A stretch of DNA of 64,000 bases from Macrostomum hystrix (GCA_950097015.1 CATNEN010000003.1:12586001-12650000), one strand, 5' to 3'. Shown: positions 25,159-37,300, counted from the stretch's first letter. A program made the numbers and translations. Notes: generated by a model from the sequence alone, not told the origin.

Positions 25159-26159
25159 TATTTTACACCCCTCACATTCTCTAAATTGAAGGAGTCTGCA
25201 GACAGAAATCAAAGTCAGTCAAGCATTGTTTTTTCTGTACATATTTTCTTCATTTCCAAATAGAGGTTATACAAAAGTGATCTGTGAAAGCCAATGTCGT
25301 AAACTTTGATAGATTTAAAACTGTGTAATCAGTAATTATCTGGTTGGCTGTTTAATTAGTTGTAAATATTTATGTTTCTTCTTTCGGAAAGCAACATGGC
25401 CAGAAGCTGCTGACATGAATAAAATATACGAGGGGTACTGTTCGTACTGTTTTCCTTTTGCCATTCGCGCCTGTGTACTTTATGTCTTGCAATTTGTAAA
25501 TTCAATGTTAAGCTTACTGATTTTTTTATAGTTTCAATATGCGGAAAACGAACCCAACTGTCTTTTCGTCCAGGTATGCCGTGAGTAAAAAAATTAAACT
25601 TATTTGCCCCCATTCAACTGGTTTAACATAAGAAATAGACTGTTTAAACATTTGGCCATTTTTGTTTAAAGTGGTCGTATACGAAAGCTCTCTGTATCTA
25701 GATATTAAACATATGTCACTTCTATTCTCCATTCCTTTCTTTTATCATTCTGCATTAGTCCCAAGTACGAGTAGATCACATTCGAGCAATCATTTTCGGA
25801 TACAATTGTATGTATGTAATACCTTTTGTTACTATTCTTTATTTAAAATATGTTTGAGCAAGGCACTGCAATTTAGAGCATACCAGAGCATGCAGTACTA
25901 CACTCCCTACCCGATCTTGTGTTAAGAATTCCTTCCCCTCTATCCCACAATTCTTAGCAGATCAGACGACAGTTTAAAAAAACTAGATTTTGCCAGTTCT
26001 TACTCCTTCTGGCCTGATATTAGTGGATACAAAAATTCATTGGTTAGGGGCTATTCTCTATTCTACAACATTCGATTGCTCATTTTTCTACGTACAGGTG
26101 TTCCTAGTTAGAAGGTATTTTAAATAGCAATAATATTAATGTCATGTGACACTGGGACT

Positions 26160-27207
26160 AGAGAGTGACATAATAAGGCATTGGCAGAGTGACCTGCAGA
26201 ATCCAATGCCCGTGGAGTGACAATATGAGACAGTTGCAGAGTGACCTGTAAAATCCAATGCCCGTGGAGTGACAATATGAGACAGTTGCAGAGTGACCTG
26301 TATAATCCAATGCCCGTGGAGTGACAATATGAGACAGTTGCAGAGTGACCTGTAGAATCCAATGCCCGTGGAGTGACAATATGAGACAGTTGCAGAGTGA
26401 CCTGCAGAATCCAATGCCCGTGGAGTGACAATATGAGACAGCTGCAGAGTGACCTGCAGAATCCAATGCCCATGGAGTGACAATATGAGACAGCTGCAGA
26501 GTGACCTGTATAATCCAATGCCTGTGGAGTGACAATATGAGACAGTTAAAGAGTGACCTGCAGAATCCAATGCCCGTGGAGTGACAATATGAGACAGTTG
26601 CAGAGTGACCTGTAGAATCCAATGCCCGTGGAGTGACAATATGAGACAGTTGCAGAGTGACCTGCAGAATCTAGTACCCGTGGAGTGACAATATGAGACA
26701 GTTGCAGAGTGACCTGCAGAATCCAATGCCCGTGGAGTGATAATATTGGACAGTTGCAGAGTGACCTGTAGAATCCAATGCCCGTGGAGTGACAATATGA
26801 GACAGTTGCAGAGTGACCTGCAGAATCCAATGCCCGTGGAGTGACAATATGAGACAGTTGCAGAGTGACCTGCAGAATCCAATGCCCGTGGAGTGACAAT
26901 ATGAGACAGTTGCAGAGTGACCTGTAGAATCCAATGCCCGTGGAGTGACAATATGAGACAGTTGCAGAGTGACCTGCAGAATCTAGTACCCGTGGAGTGA
27001 CAATATGAGACAGTTGCAGAGTGACCTGCAGAATCCAATGCCCGTGGAGTGATAATATTGGACAGTTGCAGAGTGACCTGTAGAATCCAATGCCCGTGGA
27101 GTGACAATATGAGACAGTTGCAGAGTGACCTGCAGAATCCAATGCCCGTGGAGTGACAATATGAGACAGTTGCAAAGTGACCTGTAGAATCCAATGCCCG
27201 TGGAGTG
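26160..27207. repeat. 52-bp minisatellite (CAGAGTGACCTGCAGAATCCAATGCCCGTGGAGTGACAATATGAGACAGTTG)n
   Basis: About 20 tandem copies ending ~20 bp before the LTR element. Confidence 0.97.
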
Positions 27208-27561
27208 TACCAAGCCAGTAATGACAAGTGTCGCTTGGGACAAAACTTCTTTGCTTGTAATTGACTTGTATATCGAATGTATTTGGTTCGAAGCTCTTGT
27301 GGGCTTAGTGCGCACTAGAAGCAACTAAAGGGGAACTGTACCGAGAAAGGCATTAGAAACATAGACAACGATTGAGTAACAAGGGGCGGGCAGGATGCGT
27401 AGTCTATGGGCTAAAAGGACGATAGAAAGCGAAACAATTAAAGTGCAGTGAAACGTACTGATTAACTAGTTGGTGAGCAAGAGAGAAAAGAGGAGAGTCG
27501 AAGGAAACGACGAGAAGGAGTTCTGGAGGAAGCATTTCCGACAGGGTGGGGGGGGGCGAAG

Positions 27562-30500
27562 TTACGCAATGTTAAAAGGAGAGTCACGTAGAAGTTGTCG
27601 TCGCATGGCCCGTCGAGCGCGGTTGGTTTGTACCGGATCGTCCTTGCTGCCAGAAACGGGTGGAACTAGAGTCCTGCCGGCGTTGGCCGCGGTTTGGAAA
27701 TCGATAATGTCGGCCTCGAGAGGGACGAGATGCGTGATGGCACGGCGGGACTCGTGACCGGTGCTCGTTCGGACAGTGACATAACGGGTGATATCCTGAC
27801 TGTCGGGATGGACTTCGATGACGCGGCACGTCTTCCAGTTTGACCGCGGAGTCTGGTCGGCGAGGAGGTAGAGCTGTCCAACGAGGGGCTGGTGTGAGTG
27901 CTCGCCGTGTCGTCTACGGTGTTGTAAGTGGATCGAGTGGAGTTGTTGAATGTAGTCGCGGTTCCATCGCGCCCAGAAAGCGTCAATGATTTGCTCGCGG
28001 CGTCGATAGAGAGCTCGTAGTTGGTTGCTGGTCGTGGTCCCAGCAGATGGAAGAAGGTGCTCAGGCGCTGCAGGCAAGTCAAGTCGAGCGCTAGGAGCGA
28101 TGAGATCGGCTGGCGTTAGGGGGCGCGTATCGCTTGGGTCATTCGAGAAAGATGTCAGCGGGCGAGAGTTCAAGACAGCCTCGATCTTTGTCAGCAGGGT
28201 GAGGAACTCTTCGTCCGAGATCCGCCGGCGCCAAAGTGCGGGTCGAAGGCTGGCTTTGACCATCCCAACCAGTCGCTCGACGGCTCCTTGGTGCCACGGA
28301 GCGCGTGCCGGTGCGAATTTGAAGTGGAGTTGTCTAGCAGTGGCGAATGGTTGGAGGTCAGCTAGGAGTTTGTGCTGGAACGTTGGTGTTAGCAGAGAGT
28401 CGATGATTTTGCCGGCCGCTTGGAAGGCGGTTGCCTGGTCTAGGAAGATGCTGGCTTCGGTGAGTCCCCGGCGGGCCCAGAATCGCTCGAAAGCATGGAG
28501 AACTGAGTCCGCAGAATAGTCATGGAGGTACTCGAGATGGACCGCGCGGCTTGAGGCGCAACAGAGGAGCATTGCCCATCGTTTGTTGATAGTGCGGGTC
28601 TTCGTATCGGTCGTCAAGACGGGGCCCAGCTGGTCGACGAGCAGAGAGCTGAACGCCGGGCCTGATGAGTTGAGGCGCTCTGGTGGTAGCTGGCCATGCT
28701 GTGGGGGAGGGAGTGTGCGTCCCTTCGTGAATCGGCATTGAAGACACTGGCGGAGGCTTGAGCGGACAGTGGAGAGACCACGGACAATCCAGAAACGGTC
28801 GCGAAGGCTCCGTAGAACAGATATGGCGCTGCTGTGGCAATCTCGTTTGTGGAAGTAGAGTATGAGCAGGTGAGTGAGATGATGATCGGGTGGAAGGAGC
28901 ATTGGGTAGATTGCGTCTGCGTCTAAGGTTGCGTTTGCCATACGGGAATTGAGGCGGATCAGACCTTCGTCATCCAAGAAGAGGTCAAGCTGCGCGACTA
29001 TCTTGCAGCTTTTGGGTCTGCCTTCCTGTATGGCATTGATTGCGTCAGCGTAGCGCTCTCTCTGTACCCATTTGATCCACAAGTGAAGAGCAGCCTGGCG
29101 TTCCGAGGCATCTGGCGCGGTGACTCGGTTTCTTCGCTTGACGAAACGGATAACATATGCGAGAGTTCCGAGAAGGGCACTGAGTTTGCCGAAGCGGTTG
29201 ATGTCCATGTCTGCAGGGGGGACGCATCTGTTCGATGCAGACAGGAAAGCGCTTGTCTTCTTGGTCTTTTTCTGGGCTGGTGGGATGCCTTGGAGAATCG
29301 TGGAGTTCGTGGGTGTGGGTGTTGTCTGAGATGGCCACTCCCCATGTGGCTGTCGGAGGAATCGAGGTCCGGTGAAGAAATTTGAATTGAGAAGTTGGCT
29401 GAGTGTAAGTGGCCTTGTGCAACAATCGGCAGGGTTCTCAGCGGTGTTGACGTAGCGGTAGTCGTCAGTCAGGTTGGACTCCAAGATCTCCTGAACGCGA
29501 CGGGCCTCATAGGGACGGAGCTTGGCCCCATTGTGGATCCAATGTAGGACTATCTGACTGTCCATGAAGTGGGTTATGCCACTGAGCCTCTTGCCTAGGT
29601 TAAAGGAGTCGCGTAGGAAAATCGCGGCTCGGTTGGCGATTAATGCGGCCCAGAGCTCAAGGCGAGGAACCGTGATGAGTACATTCTTGCGGCCAGATGG
29701 AGCGAGGCGGGCCTTGGCGTTGATGAGGCAGCAGTTGGTGAGGTCCTTCCCATTCTGATGCAGGTAAATTGTGTACCCGTAAGCTCGAGGTGAGGCGTCG
29801 CTGAAGATCACGAGCCTACTGGGTAGTGCCTGGTCTGCGAGGCAGCGACGAGGAACGGTAATACGGCAGATCTCGTTGAAATCATTGAGGAGTCTGCGCC
29901 AGCTCTCAACAGTATCGGTTGAGGCAGGCTTGTTCCATGCATCCATAGGACCGAAGCTTTCGTGATATAGAAGACGTCCAGCTAGAAGCAGGGGCGCTGC
30001 GTAACCGCACGGGTCGTATGGCGTAGAGATTCCCTTAAGAAGACTGGCCCGGTTGAGATTAGGGTCCAATTTCAGCTGTGGACTGGCCAGGCTCAGTCGG
30101 TCACTCTGTGTGTCCCAGAGGATTCCGAGGCTCTTGACGACTGGTTCGTGGATCTGATCTGCCCAGGGCACGTCGCAGAGCGCTCCTGGGTCACTGGCGG
30201 CAAACTGGCGGAGGTGAAACCCAGCGGATCGGAAGAGAGCTCGGGTTGCGGCAACGATACGTGGGCCCTCTTCTTGAACGTCATAGCCCTGGACCAAGTT
30301 GTCGACATAGAGGCTGTAGGGTAGCTGCTCAAGCTGTCGAGAGCTAAGACCTGATTTTCCGGAATCCATGGCATCCAGGCAGAGTTTCCGAATGACGGCG
30401 GCAAGGATCCACGGTGATGATCTGGCTCCCATGACGATACGGGTGAAGCGCCAGACTTGGAAATTGTCACGTGTAAGCGGCAGGTCGATGTTTTTGGGTA

Positions 30501-33500
30501 GGATAACACGTTGGGCGTCCCGACAATGCTCGTGCACGAGTACTTGGTAAAAGGCGGCCTGGATGTCGCTGAGGCAGATAAACTTTGAGGTTCGGAGACG
30601 TAGCTGAACCTTAAAGAGGTTGGTGAGCAAGTTTGGCCCAGACTCCATGAGGTCGTTGAGAGAGACGCCCCCTAGAGATGTTGGCGCTGAGGCGTCTACA
30701 ACTGGTCGTACTTTTGTGGTGTTTGAAGACATCTTGATGACGGGAAAGTGCGGCAGGACATGGATGATCTTTCCTTTTGGACTAGTGTCATCGACGATTT
30801 CCAGGATCCCTTCTGCTTTGTGCTTTTCAAACTCTCCATAGTACTCTTGACGCTCCGCCTGTGAAAGACGACGGTGTGTAGCCTGAGCGCGACCCCAAGC
30901 TTGTCCGAAGTTTGATGGGAGTTGCTCCGCTCCAGGCTTGAAGGGTAATGCGACCGAGTAACGACCGTCCGATCCACGTGTGGCCGAGTCCAGGAGGTCT
31001 TTCGTCAAAACGTCGCCTCGTGGATTGGGTTGTTCGGCCCCTCTTTCGATGCCGAGCAGCTCGAGGCTGGTCATTCGGTCGACCAGACATTCAAGGTTGT
31101 CGGGACGGGATTGTGACAGAAGTGAGTTGGCGATGAGTTGACTAGAGTTGAGAAGCCCACTGGATTTACAATCGTCGGTATTTTCGAGGCAGCCTGTGAG
31201 GACGGCACCAAACGGGGTGAGGTGTGCGGTAAGACTTGGCCGCAGTGGGATTGCAGGAACGCTCGGGCCTATTAACCGCTGGGCATAGTCGTTACCGATG
31301 AGCAAATCTAACTCAAGTTCCCCGTCTTGGGAAGGTGGGAGATTGGCTATTCCATGGGGCAAGTGTTGCAGAGTGGCCAGAATATCACTTGGTAGCTGGA
31401 CAGCTGGTATGTGGATTGGTGGAGCGATGTGCTCGGTTGCCAGAACTCGGAGTGGTAAACGGCGGCCATCGGGTGTTGAGAGTTCGAGTTCGACGATGTC
31501 TGCGGTCACTCGGCGTCGAGAGTTGGTGTGACATGAAGAGCTGTCAAGCGAGATTCGGCGATGTAAACGAAGACCGAGTTTTCGAGCCACATCGAGTTTT
31601 ATGTACGTGAAACTGCAGCCGCCATCGATGAGGACCGACACTCGCGTAGTTCCGCCGCTAGTCGGGTTTACAGCAGTGGCAGAGAATGTGGCCATGATGG
31701 ACGGTCTTATCAACTCGTCGCAGGTGGAGGAGATGCAGGAGACGGTATTGATGGTGTTATCGTTCATGGCTTTTAAGTTGGCGAATGCCGTCGGCAATGC
31801 GGTCGTCGAGTCGAGGTTGCTGTTGGCTTTCGCTGTTGAGTCGACGTGAAGAACATGCGGTGGTGGATTGAAACGCGCTCCGTGAAGTGATGTGTGGTGC
31901 AATGCTCGACACTCGCGGCATCTGTTCCGGGAGCTACAGTTTGAGGTGGCATGGCTACGCAGGCAGTTGAGGCACAGGGCCTTGCTTCGAATAACGCGGA
32001 GCCGATCATCGGGCTTCGAAATTACGTCGCATGTCTGACTGGAGTGTCCTGGCCGTTCGCAGTAGACGCAGATCGGTGCATGTGCACGTGTGTGCACGTG
32101 ACCAGCACTCGGAGTGGATGAAGTTACGGAGCGGTTTGTGGCAGCGTTGATTAGACTAGCTCCGGCATAGGGGGCGAAAGCAGCTGTTGCGTAGTTGGTT
32201 TGCGAGGCACGGATGGCACGAAGCTTGTTGTCGAGGTGTCCCTGGAGCTCTTGCATTGTTGGAATTAGCGGTTGCAACGCCTTACAACGCACATCCTGGA
32301 TATCTGATTGGAGCGCCGGTGGGAGCTTTGGCCACAGTGCATGCACGTAGGGATCCAGGGCAGCACTGGTTTCACCGAGGCGGGTTAGCTGGCCGACTGT
32401 GAGGCGAAGTGTGTCCGAAAATTCCTCCAGGCTCTGGTGGTCGATGTTGCAAAGCTGCGGCAACGCGAGAAGTCGCCTGAAGCAGGTGCTCTTCTGCTCC
32501 CACAGGTCGCCATAATTAGCTTGGAGAATTTGGCAGGCTTGGTTGTAGGCCCCCGGTTGACAGGCGTCCAGACCACCTAGTTTCCGGAGGGCAGCGCCAG
32601 CGAGAAGCCCGCGAAGAGCTTCAAATTTATCAACGTCTGTGTAGTTGCTGCTGTCGATGCGGTAAGTGAAAGAACTCCAAAATGCAGGGAAACTAGCTGG
32701 GTCTTCACCGTCGAAACCTTGAAGTTGAACATTGCGGAGGACGGTGTCGCCGAAGAGGGACGTCGGTCGAGGCGTCGGAGGGGCGGGCTGGGATGTGGTC
32801 TGGTTTATGTGAAGCTGTTGTACGAGCAGCTGGTTCTGCTGCATCATCTGAGCCATTGCGCCAATAAGTTGTTGTACAGCGTCCTGTTGGTTAGATACAC
32901 CGAATGCGATAGAGCCGACTGGACTGGCAGGTGCGGCGAGGCCGCTGGTGGGTGCGGCGAGGCCGCTGGCAGGTGCGGCGAGGCCGCTGGTGGGTGCGGC
33001 GAGGCCGCTGGCAGGTGCGGCGAGGCCGCTGGTGGGTGCGGCGAGGCCGCTGGTGGGTGCGGCGAGGCCGCTGGCAGGTGCGGCGAGGCCGCTGGTGGGT
33101 GCGGCGAGGCCGCTGGTAGGTGCGGCGAGGCCGCTGGCAGATGCGGCGAGGCCGCTGGTGGGTGAGGCGAGGGCGCTGGCAGGTGCGGCGAGGCCGCTAG
33201 CAGGTGCGGCGAGGCCGCTGGTGGGTGCGGCGAGGCCGCTGGTGGGTGCGGCGAGGCCGCTAGCAGGTGCGGCGAGGCCGCTAGCAGGTGCGGCGAGGCC
33301 GCTAGCAGGTGCGGCGAGGCCGCTAGCAGGTGCGGCGAGGCCGCTAGCAGGTGCGGCGAGGCCGCTAGCAGGTGCGGCGAGGCCGCTGGTAGGTGCGGCG
33401 AGGCCGCTTGTAGGTGCGGCGAGGCCGCTGGCAGGAGCTGCGAGGCCGCTGGCAGATGCGGCGAGGCCGCTGGTAGTCAGGTTAGTGTATGTAGGTCTTA

Positions 33501-33555
33501 CTCGGCTTTGAGATTTGTGACCGAGCTTTCCACGAGTGGTGCTGCGCGTCTTCAT
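27562..33555 (-). CDS. BEL/Pao gag-pol polyprotein (1997 aa)
   Basis: DUF1759-like gag (FDGED..FPAFWSSF), three Cys/His knuckles, protease LIDGGC, RT YVDN, RNase H IFSDAS, integrase HHCC plus DDE core, C-terminal FWARW..DYI (DUF5641-like). No stops or frameshifts. Confidence 0.95.
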   Translation of the reverse strand: MKTRSTTRGKLGHKSQSRVRPTYTNLTTSGLAASASGLAAPASGLAAPTSGLAAPTSGLAAPASGLAAPASGLAAPASGLAAPASGLAAPASGLAAPASGLAAPTSGLAAPTSGLAAPASGLAAPASALASPTSGLAASASGLAAPTSGLAAPTSGLAAPASGLAAPTSGLAAPTSGLAAPASGLAAPTSGLAAPASGLAAPTSGLAAPASPVGSIAFGVSNQQDAVQQLIGAMAQMMQQNQLLVQQLHINQTTSQPAPPTPRPTSLFGDTVLRNVQLQGFDGEDPASFPAFWSSFTYRIDSSNYTDVDKFEALRGLLAGAALRKLGGLDACQPGAYNQACQILQANYGDLWEQKSTCFRRLLALPQLCNIDHQSLEEFSDTLRLTVGQLTRLGETSAALDPYVHALWPKLPPALQSDIQDVRCKALQPLIPTMQELQGHLDNKLRAIRASQTNYATAAFAPYAGASLINAATNRSVTSSTPSAGHVHTRAHAPICVYCERPGHSSQTCDVISKPDDRLRVIRSKALCLNCLRSHATSNCSSRNRCRECRALHHTSLHGARFNPPPHVLHVDSTAKANSNLDSTTALPTAFANLKAMNDNTINTVSCISSTCDELIRPSIMATFSATAVNPTSGGTTRVSVLIDGGCSFTYIKLDVARKLGLRLHRRISLDSSSCHTNSRRRVTADIVELELSTPDGRRLPLRVLATEHIAPPIHIPAVQLPSDILATLQHLPHGIANLPPSQDGELELDLLIGNDYAQRLIGPSVPAIPLRPSLTAHLTPFGAVLTGCLENTDDCKSSGLLNSSQLIANSLLSQSRPDNLECLVDRMTSLELLGIERGAEQPNPRGDVLTKDLLDSATRGSDGRYSVALPFKPGAEQLPSNFGQAWGRAQATHRRLSQAERQEYYGEFEKHKAEGILEIVDDTSPKGKIIHVLPHFPVIKMSSNTTKVRPVVDASAPTSLGGVSLNDLMESGPNLLTNLFKVQLRLRTSKFICLSDIQAAFYQVLVHEHCRDAQRVILPKNIDLPLTRDNFQVWRFTRIVMGARSSPWILAAVIRKLCLDAMDSGKSGLSSRQLEQLPYSLYVDNLVQGYDVQEEGPRIVAATRALFRSAGFHLRQFAASDPGALCDVPWADQIHEPVVKSLGILWDTQSDRLSLASPQLKLDPNLNRASLLKGISTPYDPCGYAAPLLLAGRLLYHESFGPMDAWNKPASTDTVESWRRLLNDFNEICRITVPRRCLADQALPSRLVIFSDASPRAYGYTIYLHQNGKDLTNCCLINAKARLAPSGRKNVLITVPRLELWAALIANRAAIFLRDSFNLGKRLSGITHFMDSQIVLHWIHNGAKLRPYEARRVQEILESNLTDDYRYVNTAENPADCCTRPLTLSQLLNSNFFTGPRFLRQPHGEWPSQTTPTPTNSTILQGIPPAQKKTKKTSAFLSASNRCVPPADMDINRFGKLSALLGTLAYVIRFVKRRNRVTAPDASERQAALHLWIKWVQRERYADAINAIQEGRPKSCKIVAQLDLFLDDEGLIRLNSRMANATLDADAIYPMLLPPDHHLTHLLILYFHKRDCHSSAISVLRSLRDRFWIVRGLSTVRSSLRQCLQCRFTKGRTLPPPQHGQLPPERLNSSGPAFSSLLVDQLGPVLTTDTKTRTINKRWAMLLCCASSRAVHLEYLHDYSADSVLHAFERFWARRGLTEASIFLDQATAFQAAGKIIDSLLTPTFQHKLLADLQPFATARQLHFKFAPARAPWHQGAVERLVGMVKASLRPALWRRRISDEEFLTLLTKIEAVLNSRPLTSFSNDPSDTRPLTPADLIAPSARLDLPAAPEHLLPSAGTTTSNQLRALYRRREQIIDAFWARWNRDYIQQLHSIHLQHRRRHGEHSHQPLVGQLYLLADQTPRSNWKTCRVIEVHPDSQDITRYVTVRTSTGHESRRAITHLVPLEADIIDFQTAANAGRTLVPPVSGSKDDPVQTNRARRAMRRQLLRDSPFNIA
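32925..33475 (-). repeat. 21-bp coding repeat (SGLAAP[A/T])n in the gag N-terminus
   Basis: About 26 in-frame units of GGTGCGGCGAGGCCGCTGG(T/C)(G/A) on the + strand. Confidence 0.95.
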
Positions 33556-33587
33556 TTTTGACTTGGCTGTGTGGATACGTTAGTGCG

Positions 33588-33598
33588 CTCTGCTACCA
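33588..33598 (-). promoter_or_regulatory. Primer-binding site complementary to the 3' end of initiator tRNA-Met
   Basis: Minus strand TGGTAGCAGAG, 3 nt downstream of the 5' LTR; metazoan tRNAi-Met ends CUCUGCUACCA. Confidence 0.8.
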
Positions 33599-34370
33599 AT
33601 TTGTCGCTTGGGACAAAACTTCTTTGCTTGTAATTGACTTGTATATCGAATGTATTTGGTTCGAAGCTCTTGTGGGCTTAGTGCGCACTAGAAGCAACTA
33701 AAGGGGAACTGTACCGAGAAAGGCATTAGAAACATAGACAACGATTGAGTAACAAGGGGCGGGCAGGATGCGTAGTCTATGGGCTAAAAGGACGATAGAA
33801 AGCGAAACAATTAAAGTGCAGTGAAACGTACTGATTAACTAGTTGGTGAGCAAGAGAGAAAAGAGGAGAGTCGAAGGAAACGACGAGAAGGAGTTCTGGA
33901 GGAAGCATTTCCGACAACAAGAATGTCAGTTAAATGTGGCATTGTTTACGTTTTAGTAAAAGTGAGAAAACTCTTTTGACACTCCATTTTAGAGTATATA
34001 CTCCATGCAATCGGTATATCGGTATTAACTATATACTACTGAGTAGTAGGTAGGTAAGTCAGTACATTTCAGGATATGTTCCATGCAACATGCATTGGAA
34101 TAGTCAGCATGCTTGAAAAATTTCAAAAGTGCACTTTTTAAACTGCACTTGAAGAAACCCTAGATCGTTTCCGCCATGCGGTAAAATTATACGACATAAT
34201 TCGCTTAGAATCTCAGTTGTGATCTAGATCCCGAATTAGAGAATTTCTTAAAAACAAAACGAGAATTCAAAGAACCATTAATGCTAATTTAATTAACATC
34301 AGCAGTACTTATTTCCATATTCTGGTTACTAAGGAAAACCAATTTAGACATTAACAAGGAGCTAAATTTG

Positions 34371-37300
34371 TTAAGCAATGATCAGGTAATAAACCCAATA
34401 GACTACGTTAAACAGCAGAAAGCTAAGTGGAAAGATGCGACGAGAAAATTTGTCAATTCTTCTCGCCATGTCTGGACCAGAGATTATCGGGCGTGAATTT
34501 AGAAGCTGCTGCTGCTGATGCTGCCGCTCGGGCGCTAATTCCACATCTGGACTAGCAGACTGGAGCAGTTGAGAGCTCGGCATCGAATTGTCACTCTCGA
34601 TGACTACTATTGTGTCCTGTAGATAAGATAGAATGATTTACAAGGTCAAATTATAACATCGAGTGTGAAACTGTTATCGGCACACAAGGAGTAAAATATC
34701 TGCTCAAAAATTTTTCTGCTCTATCCGATGAAACAACTCCAAAACATCGGCATCGATCGGTCATTCGGTTTGGGATCTATCGTAGTGGGATTGGAAATTC
34801 CTCCCGTGATCTTTCCCAGGGAGAAAAATAGCGTAGTCCTTCTACAGTTGTGCTAACCAAGAGATAAGGATGGGACAAAAGGGTAACACGAGTAGGGACG
34901 GGCCAGAGGGTAAGAGTTAAAAGGGGGGGTGAGGAAATAGAGACGAACAGCTAGCCAATCAGAGACGAGGGAGAGGAAAGAGGAGTGAAGGTTAGCTGAG
35001 AAGCGTAAACAAACACTGAGAGAAGGGGGAAGCGAAAACAAAGTACTATTGACAATAAGGTCCAAAATGTTCTCACCCTCATCCTATTCTCCGATCTCGC
35101 GTACTCGCCGCTGTCCTGGTCATCGAATCGAGCCACTGGCAGCGTAGTCGGAGGCAGCGAGGGTCTCAACTCGTGGCACTGGAACTGAACCCATTTCTGC
35201 CGACCAGATCGATTTCGACTTCGTCGTTTAATTTGTTGCTGGCGTCTCTGACGGGTCGGCAACGGTCGGTCTTCAGCTGATGCGGATGTTGCAGAAGTCG
35301 TGGCTGTCTTGCCCCCGATGCTGACAGCTGACTCTCGCCTGCTGTACACATTCACCATGGCAAACTCCAACAGGGAGGCGAACACAAAACCGAGACAGAC
35401 ACTCATCCAAACGTCGACGGCTTTGATGTAGGACACCTTGGGTAGAGACGACTTTGAGCCCGACGCTTGAGTAGTTATGGTGAGCACTGACAAATGGACA
35501 ATAGATTTTGTTAGGAAGTGAGTTCCAGAGCGTTCCTGAGCTCGATTCCGTGGCGTGGCTGCATTATTTTTCAGCCGCGGAGAGAATTCTTTGGGGGCTT
35601 GCTGTAGTAGCTTACGTGTTAAGTGTCTTGCTAAGGGACACAATTTGTTTAAGTGGAGTCAGGAATCGAACTCCTGACCTTCAAGTCGTGAGTCCGACGC
35701 TTTTTATCAAAGGATTTTTCAAATGATTATCCGGAAAGTCAGGTACTTGAATAACCAGTAATTGTTAACAAAAATACTGACCTGTGAGAAGGCCAATACT
35801 AACCCTGGCAGGTACGGCTTCAATATTTAACCAGAATGCGAACCAGCTCAAAATTACAATCAGCACTGTGGGAATGTAGATCTGCAATGCGCAAACAAAG
35901 ACTTTCAGCCCTGAAATCTCCACCTTATTGACCCCCTCATTATCTACGTCATTGAAATCTCTTTGTCTTTCAAAGATTCTCTTTGTCTTTGAAGCCTCCA
36001 TTCTATTCGTCTTTGAACCCTCCATTCTATCCGTCTTTGAACCTTCCATTCTCTTCGTCTTTGAACCTTCCATTCTATCCGTCTTTGAACCTTCCATTCT
36101 ATCCGTCTTTGAACCCTCCATTCTATCCGTATTTGAACTCTCCATTCTATCCGTCTTTGAACCGTTCATTCTCTCCGGTCTCACCTGTATAAAGAAGTAG
36201 CCGAATTCTCTCTTCAACTCAAATGTGATCTGTAGGCACGGATAGGCGCCAGTTGTGTAATTCTGATCGCAGGTCTTCCTATGAATGCCCTGAATCTTGA
36301 ACTGCGGCATCATAAGATCCTGAGGCCATTCCACAGGCTCCTTCGGCGGCTGAAGCCATTTGAATACTACAGTCTCCATGGTGTGACCGACTGCAGGTTG
36401 GTGAAATGCGCGGTTGGAGCACAGAATGAGACAGTTGAATGACGGAATGAGACAGTCGAGTGACGGAATGAGACAGTTGAACGACGGAATAAGACAGTTG
36501 AACGACGGAATGAGACAGTTGAACGACGGAATGAGACAGTTGAACGACGGAATGAGACAGTTGAACGACGGAATGAGACAGTTGAATGACGGAATGAGAC
36601 AGTTGAACGACGGAATGAGACAGTTGAATGACGGAATGAGACAGTCGAGTGACGGAATGAGAGTGTGAAGAGTGTGAAAGTTGAAACAGACGAAGACAGT
36701 AGAGTGACAGACGATGGCAGTCAAGAGAAGGAGGATGGCAGTAGTGACGGAATTAGCCGTCAGACTAACTGGATGAGACAGTAAAGTGACAGAATGAGAA
36801 TATCACAGTGACGTAACAAGACAAAGGAGTGACAGGAAGAACAGTAGTGTACAAATTGTGGCAGATAAATAAATTAAAATAAGACGGTAGGCTTTGATTC
36901 TTACAGCTTTCGAACATCATCGGGCAATGCTGAGTGTCCAGTGGATATTTCTTCAAATCCATGTCGCAAGCGAGTGTCATTGACAGTCTGAGGCAGGTAT
37001 GAAGGTTTTTAATCAGCGCTACTGATCTTCTGCTACTATTAGAAAAATATTAGTAGACGAATATAAAACTACTAGTAGCTATGCTTATAATTATACTCAC
37101 TTGATGACGTACCAAATCTGACCATTGCTCTCTAGATTCATCAGACGGTTTGGAATTGTAGCCGAATGAAAATCGGCCTTCTTTTCGTTCCTTGAATACA
37201 GGTGTTACTTTTAATGGGAGCACTCGGATTTTTATAAAAGCGCATTAACCATATCCCCACAAAATCATCATCTGCACCTACCCAGTGTACATTCAACCAC

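Larger units (their letters stand above)
27229..33916 (-). mobile_element. Intact BEL/Pao LTR retrotransposon
   Basis: 315-bp TG...CA LTRs at 27229-27543 and 33602-33916, identical by eye; 5-bp TSD ACAAG (27224-27228, 33917-33921); PBS at 33588-33598; single gag-pol ORF. Confidence 0.97.

Noticed and set aside
25427-25700. Second mariner-like end TACGAGGGGTAC
   Set aside because: No matching opposite TIR or transposase remnant found.
26120-27324. Overlapping ORFs up to 361 aa in the 52-bp array
   Set aside because: Stop-free strand of a tandem repeat; open in all three frames with no domain.
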